A DNA stretch of 64,000 nt from Takakia lepidozioides (lineage: Eukaryota > Plantae > Bryophyta), in the NCBI GenBank assembly GCA_030704615.1, contig CM060732.1, positions 29,078,001 to 29,142,000 on the forward strand. Reading direction: 5' to 3'. A program made the position numbers and the translations under genes. The notes under the pieces are model-generated. The model searched no databases, was not told where the DNA came from, and saw nothing but the letters and a program-made list of their open reading frames with translations. Below are positions 48,311 to 61,174 of the stretch, piece by piece; within the stretch, counting starts at the first letter, position 1, and each line of letters opens with the position of its first letter.

Positions 48311-48962
48311 GCATCACTAATCCTCCTTCATCGTGCTCTCCGATCTCCGCTTCCGCCTGACTCCCAAGTCCTCCCCGAATAATGATCTCATCATAATCCC
48401 CGTTCTTCCCTTTATCTCCTCCTATCCCCGCGGTTCTAACCGTTTCCCTCTCTAACCGTCGTATGTGAACTAACATGTTCCCTTCTCTGGTGTTGTTCCC
48501 CACAGTTCGTTCCCTGTCCTACTCTTCGTTCCCTATTATCGTGACAGCTGTGTCAAGCGGTGACTGGCTGTGTTTGGCTTGTCGGGCTGTGACTGGCTGT
48601 GTGGCTATGCCGGGCTGTGACTGGCTGTGTGGGCTGTGTCTGCTGTGACGACTGTGACGGGCTGTGTGGGCTGTGTGGGCTGTGACGACTGTGAAGGGCT
48701 GTGTGGGCTGTGACGGCTGTGTGGGCTGTGTGGGCTGTGACGGCTGTGTAGGGCTGTGTGGGCTGTGTGGGCTGTGGGGCTGTGTCGGCTGTGTGGGATG
48801 TGGACGGCTGTTGACGGGCTGTGTGGCTGTGTGGGTTGTGTAACCCCCTTCTACAGTGCTCTGCTGTCACCCCTAGGGTTCCTGTGTCTCAGTCTGATGC
48901 AAAATTAAGGGTACCCTACAGATCCCGTATAAGTGTCTAAGTCCCCTACAGTCCTCTAAACA
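48311..48962 (-). repeat. Element 3 3' LTR (partial) with GGCTGTGTG-type simple repeats
   Basis: Matches 60447-61095, with length variation in the simple-repeat tract. Confidence 0.9.
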
Positions 48963-49027
48963 TTTCCCGCCCCCTCAAAAGCCGTGTCTCACGTTTACTG
49001 TTTCGAGTAGCAAAACTTTGTGAGTGA

Positions 49028-52000
49028 TCACTTTGTGAAGTTGAGAGTTCGTGGTGGGCTGTGTGTACGAGCCGAGGTCTGTCCAAAGAGTGGGGTACCA
49101 ATTACTGGTGCCGCGTGCAAGTATTTCCATGCGATATGTCCCTTATAGAAAATGTCATCAAGTCCGAATTTCTGTGTTGACAAATTGTTGCAGGCTGCTT
49201 GAAACCATGAACGAATTTGAGAATCCTTCTGTATCATAACTTTTGGGTCATATAGGTACATATGAGGTGGCACCGAAGGTAATACCCAATGATCTCCCAC
49301 TGGAGTAACTTTGAAAGCGTGCTTGCATCTTTTGTTGCTCAATGTGGTAACGTATCAGAAAACAAGCAGCGTAGTATAGCCCGCACCCCATGACAATACT
49401 TGCTATCTCCTTGGTCTTGGTATAAATGAGTCCATGTACACCTGGAAAGCAACCAATTCCCTCAACATTGTACCTGCCTCGTGCCAGTATTGTGCAAAGT
49501 GATGATCTTCAATATGTCGATTGTTTGGAAGAACTTTAGTCCTGGTTGCCACTGGCAGCCAAATACGCATGATTTGGTAGTAATGTGCGAATGACTGCGG
49601 AGGACTAAATTCTTTCCAAGCCAAATCCAACATGAATGGAATTTGGTTGAAGGGCATAATCATAGCCCTACTGTACTCCCTGGCAGCTGGAGTTTAGGTG
49701 GGTTAAAAGCTGCATTGCCCATACCTCCGGCTGTGGTGGCTGTGGTGTGGTTGTAGTAACCACAGGTTCAGTTACTGGTACACTGACCTGTTGTGGTGGT
49801 GTGGTAGTGGTTCCTGTACCATTGGCATCTCTTGCACCTCCTGTGAAGACTGAAAAAGCCAGAGTTCTGGCTTTCAAATAAGAAGCCATTAGCTGTTCCC
49901 GAGGGATATAGACTTTGGTCGATGTTTGAAGTGAGGTCTTCCACTTGAGTCTGGAGTCCGTCTACATCCTCTTGTAACTCTGCTATCCTACTATAGACAT
50001 TGTCTATAGTAGTTGTGGCAATGTTCTGCACCTGCAGTCTAGCTCATTCATCTCGCTTTGGGTGAGCTTCCGTGGGCTTTGCCTTCTACTGGCCCTTGTG
50101 CTAGCCAGACCTGCATAAGGCTGTTATCCACCAAGCTGCTTGTGGTTCCCCTGAGAGTTTGCTCCTCTCTTAGCTTATACAATTCCAACTGCTGTTGTAA
50201 ATCCTTCATGCGCTTCGCCTGTGGCTCAACCAATTGCGCATAGGCAACAAGAGATTATTGGCTTCTTTCGAAGCCTTGTTACTGATTGAGATTTCATTTC
50301 TATTGGCCACGATGTTTTGTTGCAACTCCACGATGTATTTCTCATTCTCAGCTTCCATCTGCCTGTATTGCTTGAGAGTATCTTCATTGCGACAGATTGT
50401 ATTCTTCATATCGACAATGAGCTTCATGTGCTCCGCATTCTCTTCTTCTGCCTTCGTACATTTTTCCGCTTGACTGTTTATTTCTTTTGTTGATTGGTCA
50501 AGCATAGTTGTAATTGTAGCGCATTGTATTGCCATCCTGTTATGCACTGTTTGCAACTCCGTATGTAGTGCATTCAGTTCTTGCAACTTGCTTTCATGCT
50601 GCACCTGCATTTGGTATAGCTGTTGCTTATGTGCTTCGTGCAACTGGTCTTGCGCGAGGCCTGCCTCAATCAATTGTTGCTTGGCTAATTGCAAAGCCAT
50701 TTCTGTATTGGCCAAGTCCTGCTTCATCTTGAGAGTGACCTCTTCATCGACCTTGTTTGCACACTCAGTGGCAAGTCGAGCCTCAAACTCCTTCCTGAGT
50801 TCTTCTTTCAAGGCTGTCAATTGGGTAATTGGAACATGGGTTTTGACATAAGTCCCCAACAAATTAAGTGTCCTGCCTATGGAACTCATCAGCATTTCCT
50901 GTTGAGGGTCATCATGGTGAGGTTGCTGCTGTTCCTCCCGATCTTCAACAGTATGATGTCTCACTAACCATTCAGACCATTGTCCCACCGGATTTCTTCC
51001 TGAACTACTTCATTCATGACCGGTGCTACAGTGTCATGGCCTTCTGCCTGTGGTACCTCCAACACAGGTGTGTGCATTATATGCACCTCAGGATTTCCTT
51101 TGGGCAACTGTTGCACCTCTGGGATTTCTGTCTCCTTTACCAGACCAGAATATTCATAGAGAAGGTCCCCTTTCTCTATTTCTGCCACTATCTGCTCTGT
51201 AGTTGGAATCTCTATCCCTTCACTTTCCAAATCAATTATTTCGGTTGAGCTGCATGGATAACTTGTGACCTTGTGACAAGTCGTTCAAGTGGCTGTGTTG
51301 GTTGTGATGCAGAAGTAACTTCTTCCTCCCTCTCTGAAGGTCCTGCTTCCAGTAATAACATTCTTTTGTGCTGCTGTGCCCCTTCCTGGTTATGAGCTTG
51401 GGAAACATTATCATGCGGAATCCGTGAAGCCAGTGGATCCGCCACTACAGTCTTTCCCTTCTCTGCCTCTTAGTCTCTGGTTGTGCTGCTAGTCCACCCT
51501 CACTGTGTGAAGAGCCTTGCTCTTCCATTGCAGTTGTTTCTGGCTCAAACACTCCCATTTCCTTCCTTTCTTGTGCATTAAGTATGCCCGAACTAAGGAT
51601 TATTTGAGCAATGATTGGGCCAGACACTATGATAGGAGATTTTGCGGTAGTACTTGTAATCTTTTCATCTCCTCTACCAGTGCGTTGTACATTATGTCCG
51701 CCCATAGTACCTCTTGTCCCTTCAAGCCTTTGAGGATTTCCTCTGTGAAGGATTTGCTCAAATATTGTTGGTTCTGTTTCAGGGCAATCAGAACGTTCAA
51801 TACTTGGCTTATGTCTTTTAACCCTGGGTACACAGCTTTGGTACAAGCATAACCCTGAGTTTTAAAGAAACTCCCTTCTTGGAATAAATCCCCTATTTGC
51901 AGTCTTTCCCTGTGTTCTTCCACATACACATGACCTGCTGGCAATTGAAACAATTGCTGGAGGTATAGGGGAGTAATCATTAATTCAACTCCCTTCACCG

Positions 52001-52259
52001 TTGTTGTTCCTGTCTTTGGCTCAAAGTTCTGCAAAAATTGTAACATGTACTGTCTATGGTGTAGTGTCCAATCCTTGCTTTGCAATCCTTCCAATCTCAG
52101 CTCCTTCAGTATCTTTATCGCCTGTGGGGTAGCCATCGTTTGTTTCTGCAGAATGGTGGTGCTCTTCACCCTGATTTCCTCCATTCCTCTCACTCTCTTC
52201 ATCTTAGACTCACCAGAACTGCTTTGGCTGTAACAACTGCAGGAATGCCTGTAGTGCAC
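49028..52259 (-). pseudogene. Element 3 extra 3' ORF(s): retrotransposon accessory-like domain plus long coiled coil
   Basis: Consecutive minus-strand ORF pieces linked by frameshifts. FLQNFEPKTGTTTVKGVELMITP..LQQLFQLP region, and a heptad-rich segment at 50206-50988. Confidence 0.6.
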
Positions 52260-52894
52260 AAAGCAGAAACGTATGGTTGCCGCAGAAAGCTATGGGTAAC
52301 CTCTTGTAAGCCTGCGGGGCTTGCAAGCATTGTTCAAGAGAAAAGCTCTGCTCTTTCGTTTCGTGTCTCTGCCACTGCGTAAGTAATATTGCGAGCGTAA
52401 TGTCTGTTAGTTCCTCCATAGTTTCCAAGTTATAGCATTTATGGCCTGTCCTGTCGAGACGCCCGTTACTCTGAACGACGCCGCCTCTTGCGCTCAATTT
52501 CCCTCCATTTTCTTGATCATTTTCTGGTTTTCTATTGGCTGTGGCCGCTGTGACTGGATTTTAACTTTTATCTTCTTTAGTGGACTTTCCCTGTTGGATA
52601 GTCCACTAGGATCACACATGCGACATGAATTCGGCTTTTCTGTACTTGCCGTTGTTCTGTTTCCCTTTTTCCCTTTTCCGCATTAATGGGTCCGCCTTTC
52701 ATCCCTTTTGACGGCCGTTCTTGTCCTCTTTCTTTTTGACACCTGTCCTTGCACTTCATTCTCTGCTGTGTGTCGCACCCTGACCTCCACGTGTCTATTT
52801 TAAATTAATTTCCGTTTCTTCTTCCTTCAGCCATTTTACTGAAGTTTTTATGTGTCCACTTGTCACTGATTCTATGGATCGTGTAACTTTAGTA

Positions 52895-53340
52895 GGCTGT
52901 CTTGAGCTGTGATAGGCTGTGTTGCACTGTGGTAAGCTGTGATAGGCTGTGACACGCTGCGGTAGGTTGTGATAGGCTGTGTCACGCCTTGCTGGGGTTG
53001 TGGTTGGCTGTGTCACGTCGTGACGGGCTGTGATAGGCTGTGTCACGTCGTGACGGGCTGTGGTAAGCTGTGTTGCGCCTTGTGGGCTGTGGTGGCTGTG
53101 TCACGTCGTGATGGGCTGTGATAGGCTGTGTCACGCCGTGATGGGCTGTGATATTCTGTGGTGCGCCTTGCTGGGCTGTTGGTGTGTCACGTCGTGATGG
53201 CTGTGATAGGCTGTGTCACGCCGTGATGGGCTGTGATATTATGTGGTGCGCCTGCTGGGCTGTGGTTGGCTGTGTCACGTCGTGATGGGCTGTGATAGGC
53301 TGTGTCACGCCGTGATGGGCTGTGATAGGCTGTGTCACGT
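52895..53340. repeat. About 30 bp tandem repeat after integrase
   Basis: GGCTGTGTCACG(T/C)CGTGATGGGCTGTGATA units. Confidence 0.88.
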
Positions 53341-56300
53341 TTGTTTTGCCCACCCCGGTCATATATACTGGGCCTAGCGACAAGTGTTCCATACTCCGTT
53401 CGTAACACTGGTGCAGCCCGTGACTGCTCTTGCGGTTCAACATGCAAATCATGTTGCAGGGGTTTGTCATGGATACCACTGTACCCCTTCAACTTATTTG
53501 CATTGACTCTTCCCAGCATTTCCTTGTTAATGGTTTGTAACATGGCTGTGTTGTTATCATACATCTTTTGTATGACATAAGGTCCTTTCCATGGTGATTT
53601 AAGCTTAGAAGCTTGAATCTTTCCTTTCTTCTGCAACCATAAAACCAAATCCCCCGTCTTAAAAGTCTTTAATTTGCCTTTATCAAACTGTTCCTTTCGC
53701 TTCATCTGAATTCTGGTCATATTATCAGCTGCATCAGCACGTACTTCTTCCACATGGTATAATTCATGTTTCCTGACCTTGATGGAGTCTTGCAATTCCA
53801 TTCTTTTTCCCACTCTGTTCTCATGGTAGGTAACAGGAATTCCACTGGAAGTAAGGCTTCCATACCATAAACTAATTGGAATGGTGTATACTTAGTGGTG
53901 ACTTTATATGAAGTCCTGTATGACCACAAAGCTGTCAGCAGCTTTGTATCCCAATCCGTTCTGTTTGCATTGACTATCTTAGCCAAGATAGTACATAGTA
54001 TTTTGTTGGTAGCCTCTGCCTGTCCATTACCCTGTGGGTAATATGTTGTACTCTTTCTATGCACAATCATAAACTCTTTAGTCAATAACTCAATGGTCTC
54101 ATTCATGAAGTGACTTCCTTGATCACTGATAAATTCTAAGGGACATCCAAATCGTGTAAGTATGTTCTCGTACAGGAACCTTGCTGTGGACTTGGCTGTG
54201 TTGTCCCTCAAAGCTTTAGCTTCCACCCACTTTGTAGTATAATCAGTGGCTGTAATTATGTACCTGTTTCGTGTATTCTTGGATGGTGGATTAATTGGTC
54301 CAACAAAGTCTAGTCCCCATTTCTGAAATGGTTCCGTAGGCATTGTAGGATGCAAGGCATTCTTCCAGATCTCTGCAAAGGTCCTAGCCTCTGACATTCA
54401 TCACACTTCTGACAATACTCATGTACATCTTTGAACAACGTAGGCCACCAGTATCCTGCGAGTAGTATCTTTCTACTGGTAGTCTCTTCTCCAAAATGAC
54501 CTCCAGCCACTCCTTTATGAACTTCCTCCAAGACTTTATTTACTTCATGGTGGTACAAGCATCGTTTTAGTACTCCATCAGGTCCTAACTTATACATTCT
54601 GCTTCCTACCATAGTATAAGGTAAAGCTCTGATAGCAATTCTTTTCCTTTGCTCCTTACCATAACTAGGTGGGCACTGACCATGAGCAAGGTAGTATCTG
54701 ATTGGCCACTGCCAATCTAACCATTCATCTGCACTTCCTTGCACCTCCATTACAAATAAACTCGCATCAGGTAACTGATCGTCCACTCCTGTGGCGGCCT
54801 CTCCTGTTGTTAGTCGTGACAAATGATCTGCCACAAGATGCAAACGGCCAGGCTTGTAAATAACCTCGAACTCAAACTCATGCAAGATTATTAACCACCT
54901 CGCTATCCTTCCACTTATCAAAGGTTTGTTCACCAGATATATCAGAGCCTGGTGATCCACATAAAACATAAACTTTCTTCCAATAGGTAATGCCTGAATT
55001 TCTTCACTGCATAGATCATTGCCAATGCTTCTCTTTCCGTTGTGCTATAGTTCCTCTCAGCACTGTTCATCAACCGGCTAGCATAGTACACAGGTGAATC
55101 TATATTCCCTGTAACATTCTGGGCTAACACCGCTCCCAATGCTTCTCCTGATGCATCGCAGTGAACATGAAATACTACATGCCAGTGAGGGTTAATCAGC
55201 ACAGGTGTAGTTGTTACTGACAGTGTAAGTTCCTCAAACGCCTGTTGACATTCAGCTGTCCATGCAAACACTGCATCTTTCTTCAGAAGCTTGCTCAATG
55301 GTGCTGCTATTTGTGCATACCTTTTGACAAATCTTCTGTAATAACTGGTTTGCCCAAGGAATCTCCTTAAACTCTTAACATTCACTGGTGGTGGAGAGAC
55401 TTTAATGGACTCTGTCTTCCTGGGATCCACAAGAAGTCCCTTCTTACACACTATGTGTCCCAGAAGCACCCCTGAGTTCACACAGAAAGTACACTTCTCT
55501 GGATTCAAGCCCAGACCTCTCATCCTGCATCTGGCCAGGCATAACTCCAATTTATGCAAGTGCTCATTCTTAGAGCTGTACACACTGAAATCATCCAAAA
55601 ACACCTGCATGAAATCATCCAGATACTCTTGAAAAGATTCACTTATCACTCTCTGAAAGGTCGCTGGTGCATTACAAAGTCCAAAGGGCATGACTTTGTA
55701 TGCATAAGCCCCCCAGTCTGTGATGAAAGCTGTTTTCCCTTGGTCTTCTTCTGCCACTTGCACTTGATTATAACCACTGAAGCCATCCATGAATGAGTAC
55801 ATCTCATGGCCTGCCACAGTGTCTAATACTGCTTCTGTGAATGGCAAAGGGAAAGGATCTTTCTTCGTACAAGCATTCAGCTTCTTATAGTTCACACATA
55901 CTCTTAGTTTGCCATTCTTCTTGGGAACTATAACAATGGGTGACAACCAAGTTGTATACTCTATTGGGTATATAAACTTAGCCTCAGCCAACTTCTTTAT
56001 CTCTTCTCCAACCTTCTGTGCGTAGTTGGGATTCATTCTATACCTCGCCTGCTTGATTGGCACTGACCCTGGTTCCAGTTCAATTTTATGCTGACAGACT
56101 TCAGGTGGTATCCCTTTTAGATCCTCATAGCTCCAAGCAAATACATCTCTGTATTTGATGAACAAGCTTTTAGCTTCTTCGAAGAATTCCGGCTCCAAAT
56201 CAGCTCCTACTTTCACCATCCTTGGTTCCTCCGGAGTTCCCACATTTACTTCTCTCACCTGCTCATCAGCTGTGATTGTCCAACCAGTCACCACTTCATC

Positions 56301-59300
56301 CTGTAAGCTCACAGTGGCTGGTTCTTCTAGGATTTCTATTTCTCCTTCTCTTTCTTCATAGAAATGTGATGGGTAAATGCTGGTTTCTTCTTCCGTTGGT
56401 GTTGCTGTCACTACACCACAGCAGATACCTCTCAAACAACTTAGGCTTTCCAGCCGCATCTCTGCAACTTGCTCCCACTCTGGGTGTGCAGCAAATAGGG
56501 TAGCTTCCTGCTCCTCATCCAGTCCTCCCCTCCAGTCATACTCTCTGACTCCTCGAGGTCTTCTTGTAGCAGGTAATCTACTAGATTTCTTTGTGGTAAT
56601 TTGTATCTCGTGCATCCCATTATGCACAGTTAGTAACTGAGAATTCCAGTCATGGAATACCCTGGCCTGTTTCAGCCACGGACGTCCCAATAATAAGGAA
56701 TAAGCCTCCATGACTTCATCCATTTTTAATACAGTTACTGTGATCAGAAAGATCATTTTCTGTATCTGTATCTTAACTCCTCTTATTAATCCCAATGGCT
56801 GTACACTTCTTTGATCTGCCATTGTTACTGTAAATGGGGCTGGTTTCATGTTACTTAGACCAAGCTTCTTCCTTAATTGGTCTGTCATGATATTTACTCC
56901 AGAACCACCATCTATCAGTACATCAGTTAGTTCTGTGCTTCCAATTCTCAATTGGATTACTGGCATAGAATCATCAAAGTCCATGACTGGTTCTCGCCCT
57001 TCCGGCTTCACATTATAACTGGTCACCTTGCTGTTCAGGTCTGTGTTTCCTGTTTCTTGGGCAATTCGATTGATTGCCTGATACAGCCTGTGCCTACAAT
57101 AAGGTGCCACAGCTAATAGCTGTCCAATGGTAATTTCTGCTTTGGTCTGACATATTACTTCAGCCAAAGTCTCTTCATTACTTTGCATGTCTGCATCTTC
57201 TTTTCTCCTTTCTTCCTCACTCTCCTCTTTTTCTCCATCCGAATCAGAGGAATCTGCCACAGGAATATCAGTACTCTTTTGCATTTCCCTTATAGTATCT
57301 GCCACTTCCTTGTGCAGTTCCTTCTCATCCTTCCAAGTCTCTTCATCTTCAGGCATATCATTGCCACTTCCAGTCTCATCTTCTTCCTCTTCTACTGGAG
57401 GTATTAGTTTAGCTTTACTTCTTGTTACTATCATTGTACTTACTTCTGGTACAACACATGGCCTAACCATGTGAGCTGCCACCACTGGGCCCTCATTCAC
57501 AGGAGCTCTCATCTCATTCTGGTGTCTTATCCAGAATGAACAGGCTGCCTTGCGATGTCCTGGCTGATTACAATAGTAACATAGCTCTTCACCATTGGGT
57601 CCTCGCCCTTGGTCTGGTCTTGGATTATTTCTATAATCCTGATTCCCGGGCTGGTAATTCCCCCTCGGATTACCCTGATAGTTGCCTCTGGAATTTCCTT
57701 GGTAATTCCCTCTTGAATTACCTCTTCCTTCCATGCCATTGTTATAACCACCAGACCTACCATAGTGGTCCTGATCATTGCTTCTTCTTGGCTGGGGTTG
57801 CACCTGATGCACCCTCACTTGCCTAGGTTCTCTGGCAGCTGTCCTTCTGTTGTAGTAACAATTCTCAGTAGAATGGTTATCCATTTTACAGATAGTACAA
57901 TGTTTCTCCTTCATGTGGCATTCTGTAGTGGTATGGCCTTCATTCTGGCACTTTGCACACCATACACCCTTCCTCCAATGTGTTGCAGCCTCTGTGGCAT
58001 ACTTCTTCAAGATTTCTTCCAATCTTTTCTCATAGTTATCCCTCTTCAACTTTTCCTTTCTCTTACTCTTTCTTTTTAGTTCTTGCTCTTCTTCTTCATC
58101 TGACTCATCTTCAGAGTCCTCATCTTCCTTTTTCTCTCTCCTGAGCATTCCCAATTGCTCAATTCTGTTCGCAGTTTCAAATGCCTCCTCCACTGTATTA
58201 TGGGGTAACATATCCACTTTCTTCTGCAACTCTGGTCTTAGTCCACTCACAAACCAAGTCTTCTGTAAACCGGGTGCTGGTACTGCAGCCAGCTTTTTCA
58301 TCATCAATTCCATCTTCTCCATATACTCTTCAACAGTTTCATGCTTCTTCTGCTTCAGCTGTTGTAAACTTCCATACACTTCATCCTCAGTTTTACTTGT
58401 CCTGAACCTATTTCGAAATGCTGTATTCAAGCCATTCCAGGTTAGGAAATGATTATCAGGGAATCTTGCATACCATTCACTTGCTTTCTTGATAAGTGAA
58501 CAAGGAAACAGTCTCATCTTGGCATCATCGCCATTCTCATTGTTCACTATACACATGTGCTCAAATTGGCTAATGTGTACATCGGGATCCCCTTTTCCTG
58601 AATATATTGGAAAGGGTGGTTTTGCCCGTGTTGGTTGTAACGCCATCTGTGGCCCTACCTTCTGCCCACTGACAGGTGCTGGCACCCTTGCTGGTGCTGG
58701 TCCTTCTGGACCTGTTGTTTTTGTGGTGGATCTTCCACCAAGTGGTGGCCCTTGAGCACTCCCTGCTTCTGGCCCCACGATATTCACAGTATTCCCAGCT
58801 TCAGTTGCACTACTTCCCACACTCCCTGTCCCCCAGAGCCAGATCCAGGCAGCCCGCCTGATCCCCCTGAGCCGACACCTTCGTTGGCCTGTGATCCAAG
58901 TGCTCCACTTGATCCAGGTCCAACGGGTTGGGATGTCCTGGTTGTAGTCTCAACCTCAGCTGTTGGGTCTACTTCTTCATATTCTTCCTCTTCCAATTTC
59001 TTCTCTCTGTTTTCATCATTCAAGTTCTGCCCTTGGGTTTCTTCTTCACTCATGTAACTCAACTGTAATGGTGTTGGAGAGTCTGAACTCTCCGTTGGCT
59101 CTGCCACATCCTCATCTCCTTCTTCATCTTCTGCTTCAGAAACTGGAGTTCCTGCTTTTGGTGTTCCATGCCAACTTTTATCAAAGATTTCTGTCAAATC
59201 TTTTATCCAAGGATGTACCTCAGATCTTTCACCTCTTGATTGATCTTCTTCCTGTACCAATTCCCTTAATCTTTCTTGCAAAGAAACAGAAGGAGTGGCA

Positions 59301-59476
59301 TCCAACTCTAGTTCTTCCGGTATAGGTGATGCACTTTTTGATCTTGATGGTGTGAGAGGTCCAGATGATTCCCCTATGTCTATTCCTCTCTCCCAAAGAT
59401 ATGGATAATTAGCTTTCAGATAGCTTTCCCTTTTTAATGAATATCTTTGTCGTCTAGCTTCTCTTTCATCACTCAT
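53187..59476 (-). CDS. Element 3 gag-pol (three CCHC knuckles, PR, RT, RNase H, integrase) with a few frameshifts
   Basis: 1292 aa open frame with LIDGGSGVN, KDPFPLP, FLDDF and HCDAS. Then WGLDFVGP, SDQGSHF, GQAEATN and WKGPY. No chromodomain. Confidence 0.95.
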
Positions 59477-59498
59477 GTCCCATGTCTTTCATTTCTTT

Positions 59499-60194
59499 TT
59501 AATGTGGCAATAACCAAAACTCTCTTCTGTAATATCTCTCGTATATGCCTGGATTTCTTTCAAGCTTCAATGCACCCTTGGCTATACTTGAAGTCTCCGT
59601 TACCATATAACCATATGGCAAACAAGTCTGAAAAGCTGTTCTTGGTGTGAGTTTGATCCACAAAATATCCTTTGGAATCCAATTCTTTACCAGTACAAGC
59701 TCTTCATGCATATGAGTATAAACATTCACCTTTCTTTCTTCCCAGCCTTCAAACTCTACTCGTTTAATGGATAGCAATGCTATCACATAAACCAATGTTG
59801 GTAACCAACGTGCTCTTCCTCTACAGGCTACTTGATAAATCTTTATCACTCCTTTCTCCAGACCCCATTCTGGATCAGCATCATGCACTCGTTTAAGAAT
59901 ATTTTCTTTACATCCGTCTGGCAATTCCAAGAACCTTTGAAAGAACTGTTTGGACAATCTTTCTTCCTTCGTTTCACAGGGAATTTGATTCACTTCAAAT
60001 TCTTTAATGGTCCAACCACCATGATCCCACCAGATGCCTGTCACATCTGGTTGTTCATGTCCCAGTTCCCCAGTATGGTCGCCAAATGTCGCGCGGCTTT
60101 TACTCACCCATCCCTTCGCTATCCGAGGCGGAAACTCCAAGATAGAAGAGTTGGAAATCTCTAAGTACTCAGCCCGCGCAGAACAATCAGTCAT
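59499..60194 (-). CDS. Extra 231 aa ORF upstream of gag in element 3
   Basis: ATG-started open frame between the 5' LTR and gag. No recognisable motif. Confidence 0.55.
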   Translation of the reverse strand: MTDCSARAEYLEISNSSILEFPPRIAKGWVSKSRATFGDHTGELGHEQPDVTGIWWDHGGWTIKEFEVNQIPCETKEERLSKQFFQRFLELPDGCKENILKRVHDADPEWGLEKGVIKIYQVACRGRARWLPTLVYVIALLSIKRVEFEGWEERKVNVYTHMHEELVLVKNWIPKDILWIKLTPRTAFQTCLPYGYMVTETSSIAKGALKLERNPGIYERYYRREFWLLPH

Positions 60195-60446
60195 GACCTA
60201 CAGCTAGTGTATCATGGGGGTGTTTCCTATTTGTTTCCCTTTTCGCATTCATCTTAGCTACCTTACCATTGATAATTACGTATTAGTTTCCTTCACTCCT
60301 CCATTCAATCCACAGCTTCACTCAGATCTCTCTACACAGTGTGATTGTATCGTATAAATATCAGATTATGATTTATCAGGTATCAGGCCGAAGCCATTGT
60401 ATCTCTATTCTCCTCTACATTATCCCTACGGCTTTGCATCTAACAA

Positions 60447-61095
60447 GCATCTACTAATCCTCCTTCATCGTGCTCTCCGATCTCCGCTTCCGCCTGACTC
60501 CCAAGTCCTCCCCGAATAATGATCTCATCATAATCCCCGTTCTTCCCTTTATCCTCCTATCCGCGGTTCTAACCGTTTCCCTCTCTAACCGTCGTATGTG
60601 AACTAACATGTTCCCTTCTCTGGTGTTGTTCCCCACAGTCGTTCCCTGTCCTACTCTTCGTTCCCTATTATCGTGACAGCTGTGTCAAGCGGTGACTGGC
60701 TGTGTTTGGCTGTGTCGGGCTGTGACTGGCTGTGTGGCTATGCCGGGCTGTGACTGGCTGTGTGGGCTGTGTCTGCTGTGACGACTGTGACGGGCTGTGT
60801 GGGCTGTGTGGGCTGTGACGACTGTGACGGGCTGTGTTGGCTGTGACGGCTGTGTGGGCTGTGTGGGCTGTGACGGCTGTGTCGGGCTGTGTGGGCTGTG
60901 TGGGCTGTGTGGGCTGTGTCGGCTGTGTGGGCTGTGACGGCTGTGACGGGCTGTGTGGGCTGTGTGGGTTGTGTAACCCCCTTCTACAGTGCTCTGCTGT
61001 CACCCCTAAGGTTCCTGTTTGTCTCAGTCTGTGCAAAATTAAGGGTACCCTACAGATCCCGTATAAGTGTCTAAGTCCCCTACAGTCCTCTAACA
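60447..61095 (-). repeat. Element 3 5' LTR (left boundary not fixed)
   Basis: Starts TGTTAGAGG on the minus strand. The flank ACCAC is the candidate target duplication. Confidence 0.9.
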
Positions 61096-61174
61096 ACCAC
61101 TGCCAAAGGCGAACGGTCATCGTATCTCAAACCCTGAGACTGCCTCCCCGTGTCCAAGATGCTATTTTTTGACT

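Larger units (their letters stand above)
48311..61095 (-). mobile_element. Non-chromovirus Ty3/gypsy element with extra ORFs (element 3)
   Basis: 48311-48962 repeats at 60447-61095. PPT at 48963-48976 precedes TG on the minus strand. Long gag-pol. The outer end of the 3' LTR is lost in the gap. Confidence 0.93.

Noticed and set aside
46473-48503. Long ORFs with MEIRRR repeats, including ones spanning the N run
   Set aside because: Artefacts of a GC-rich tandem repeat and of the assembly gap.
48541-48556. TGACAGCTGTGTCA in the element 3 LTR resembling the ACA-GC-TGT joint of element 1
   Set aside because: Short match only. Element 3 otherwise looks conventional, and its outer end is hidden in the gap.
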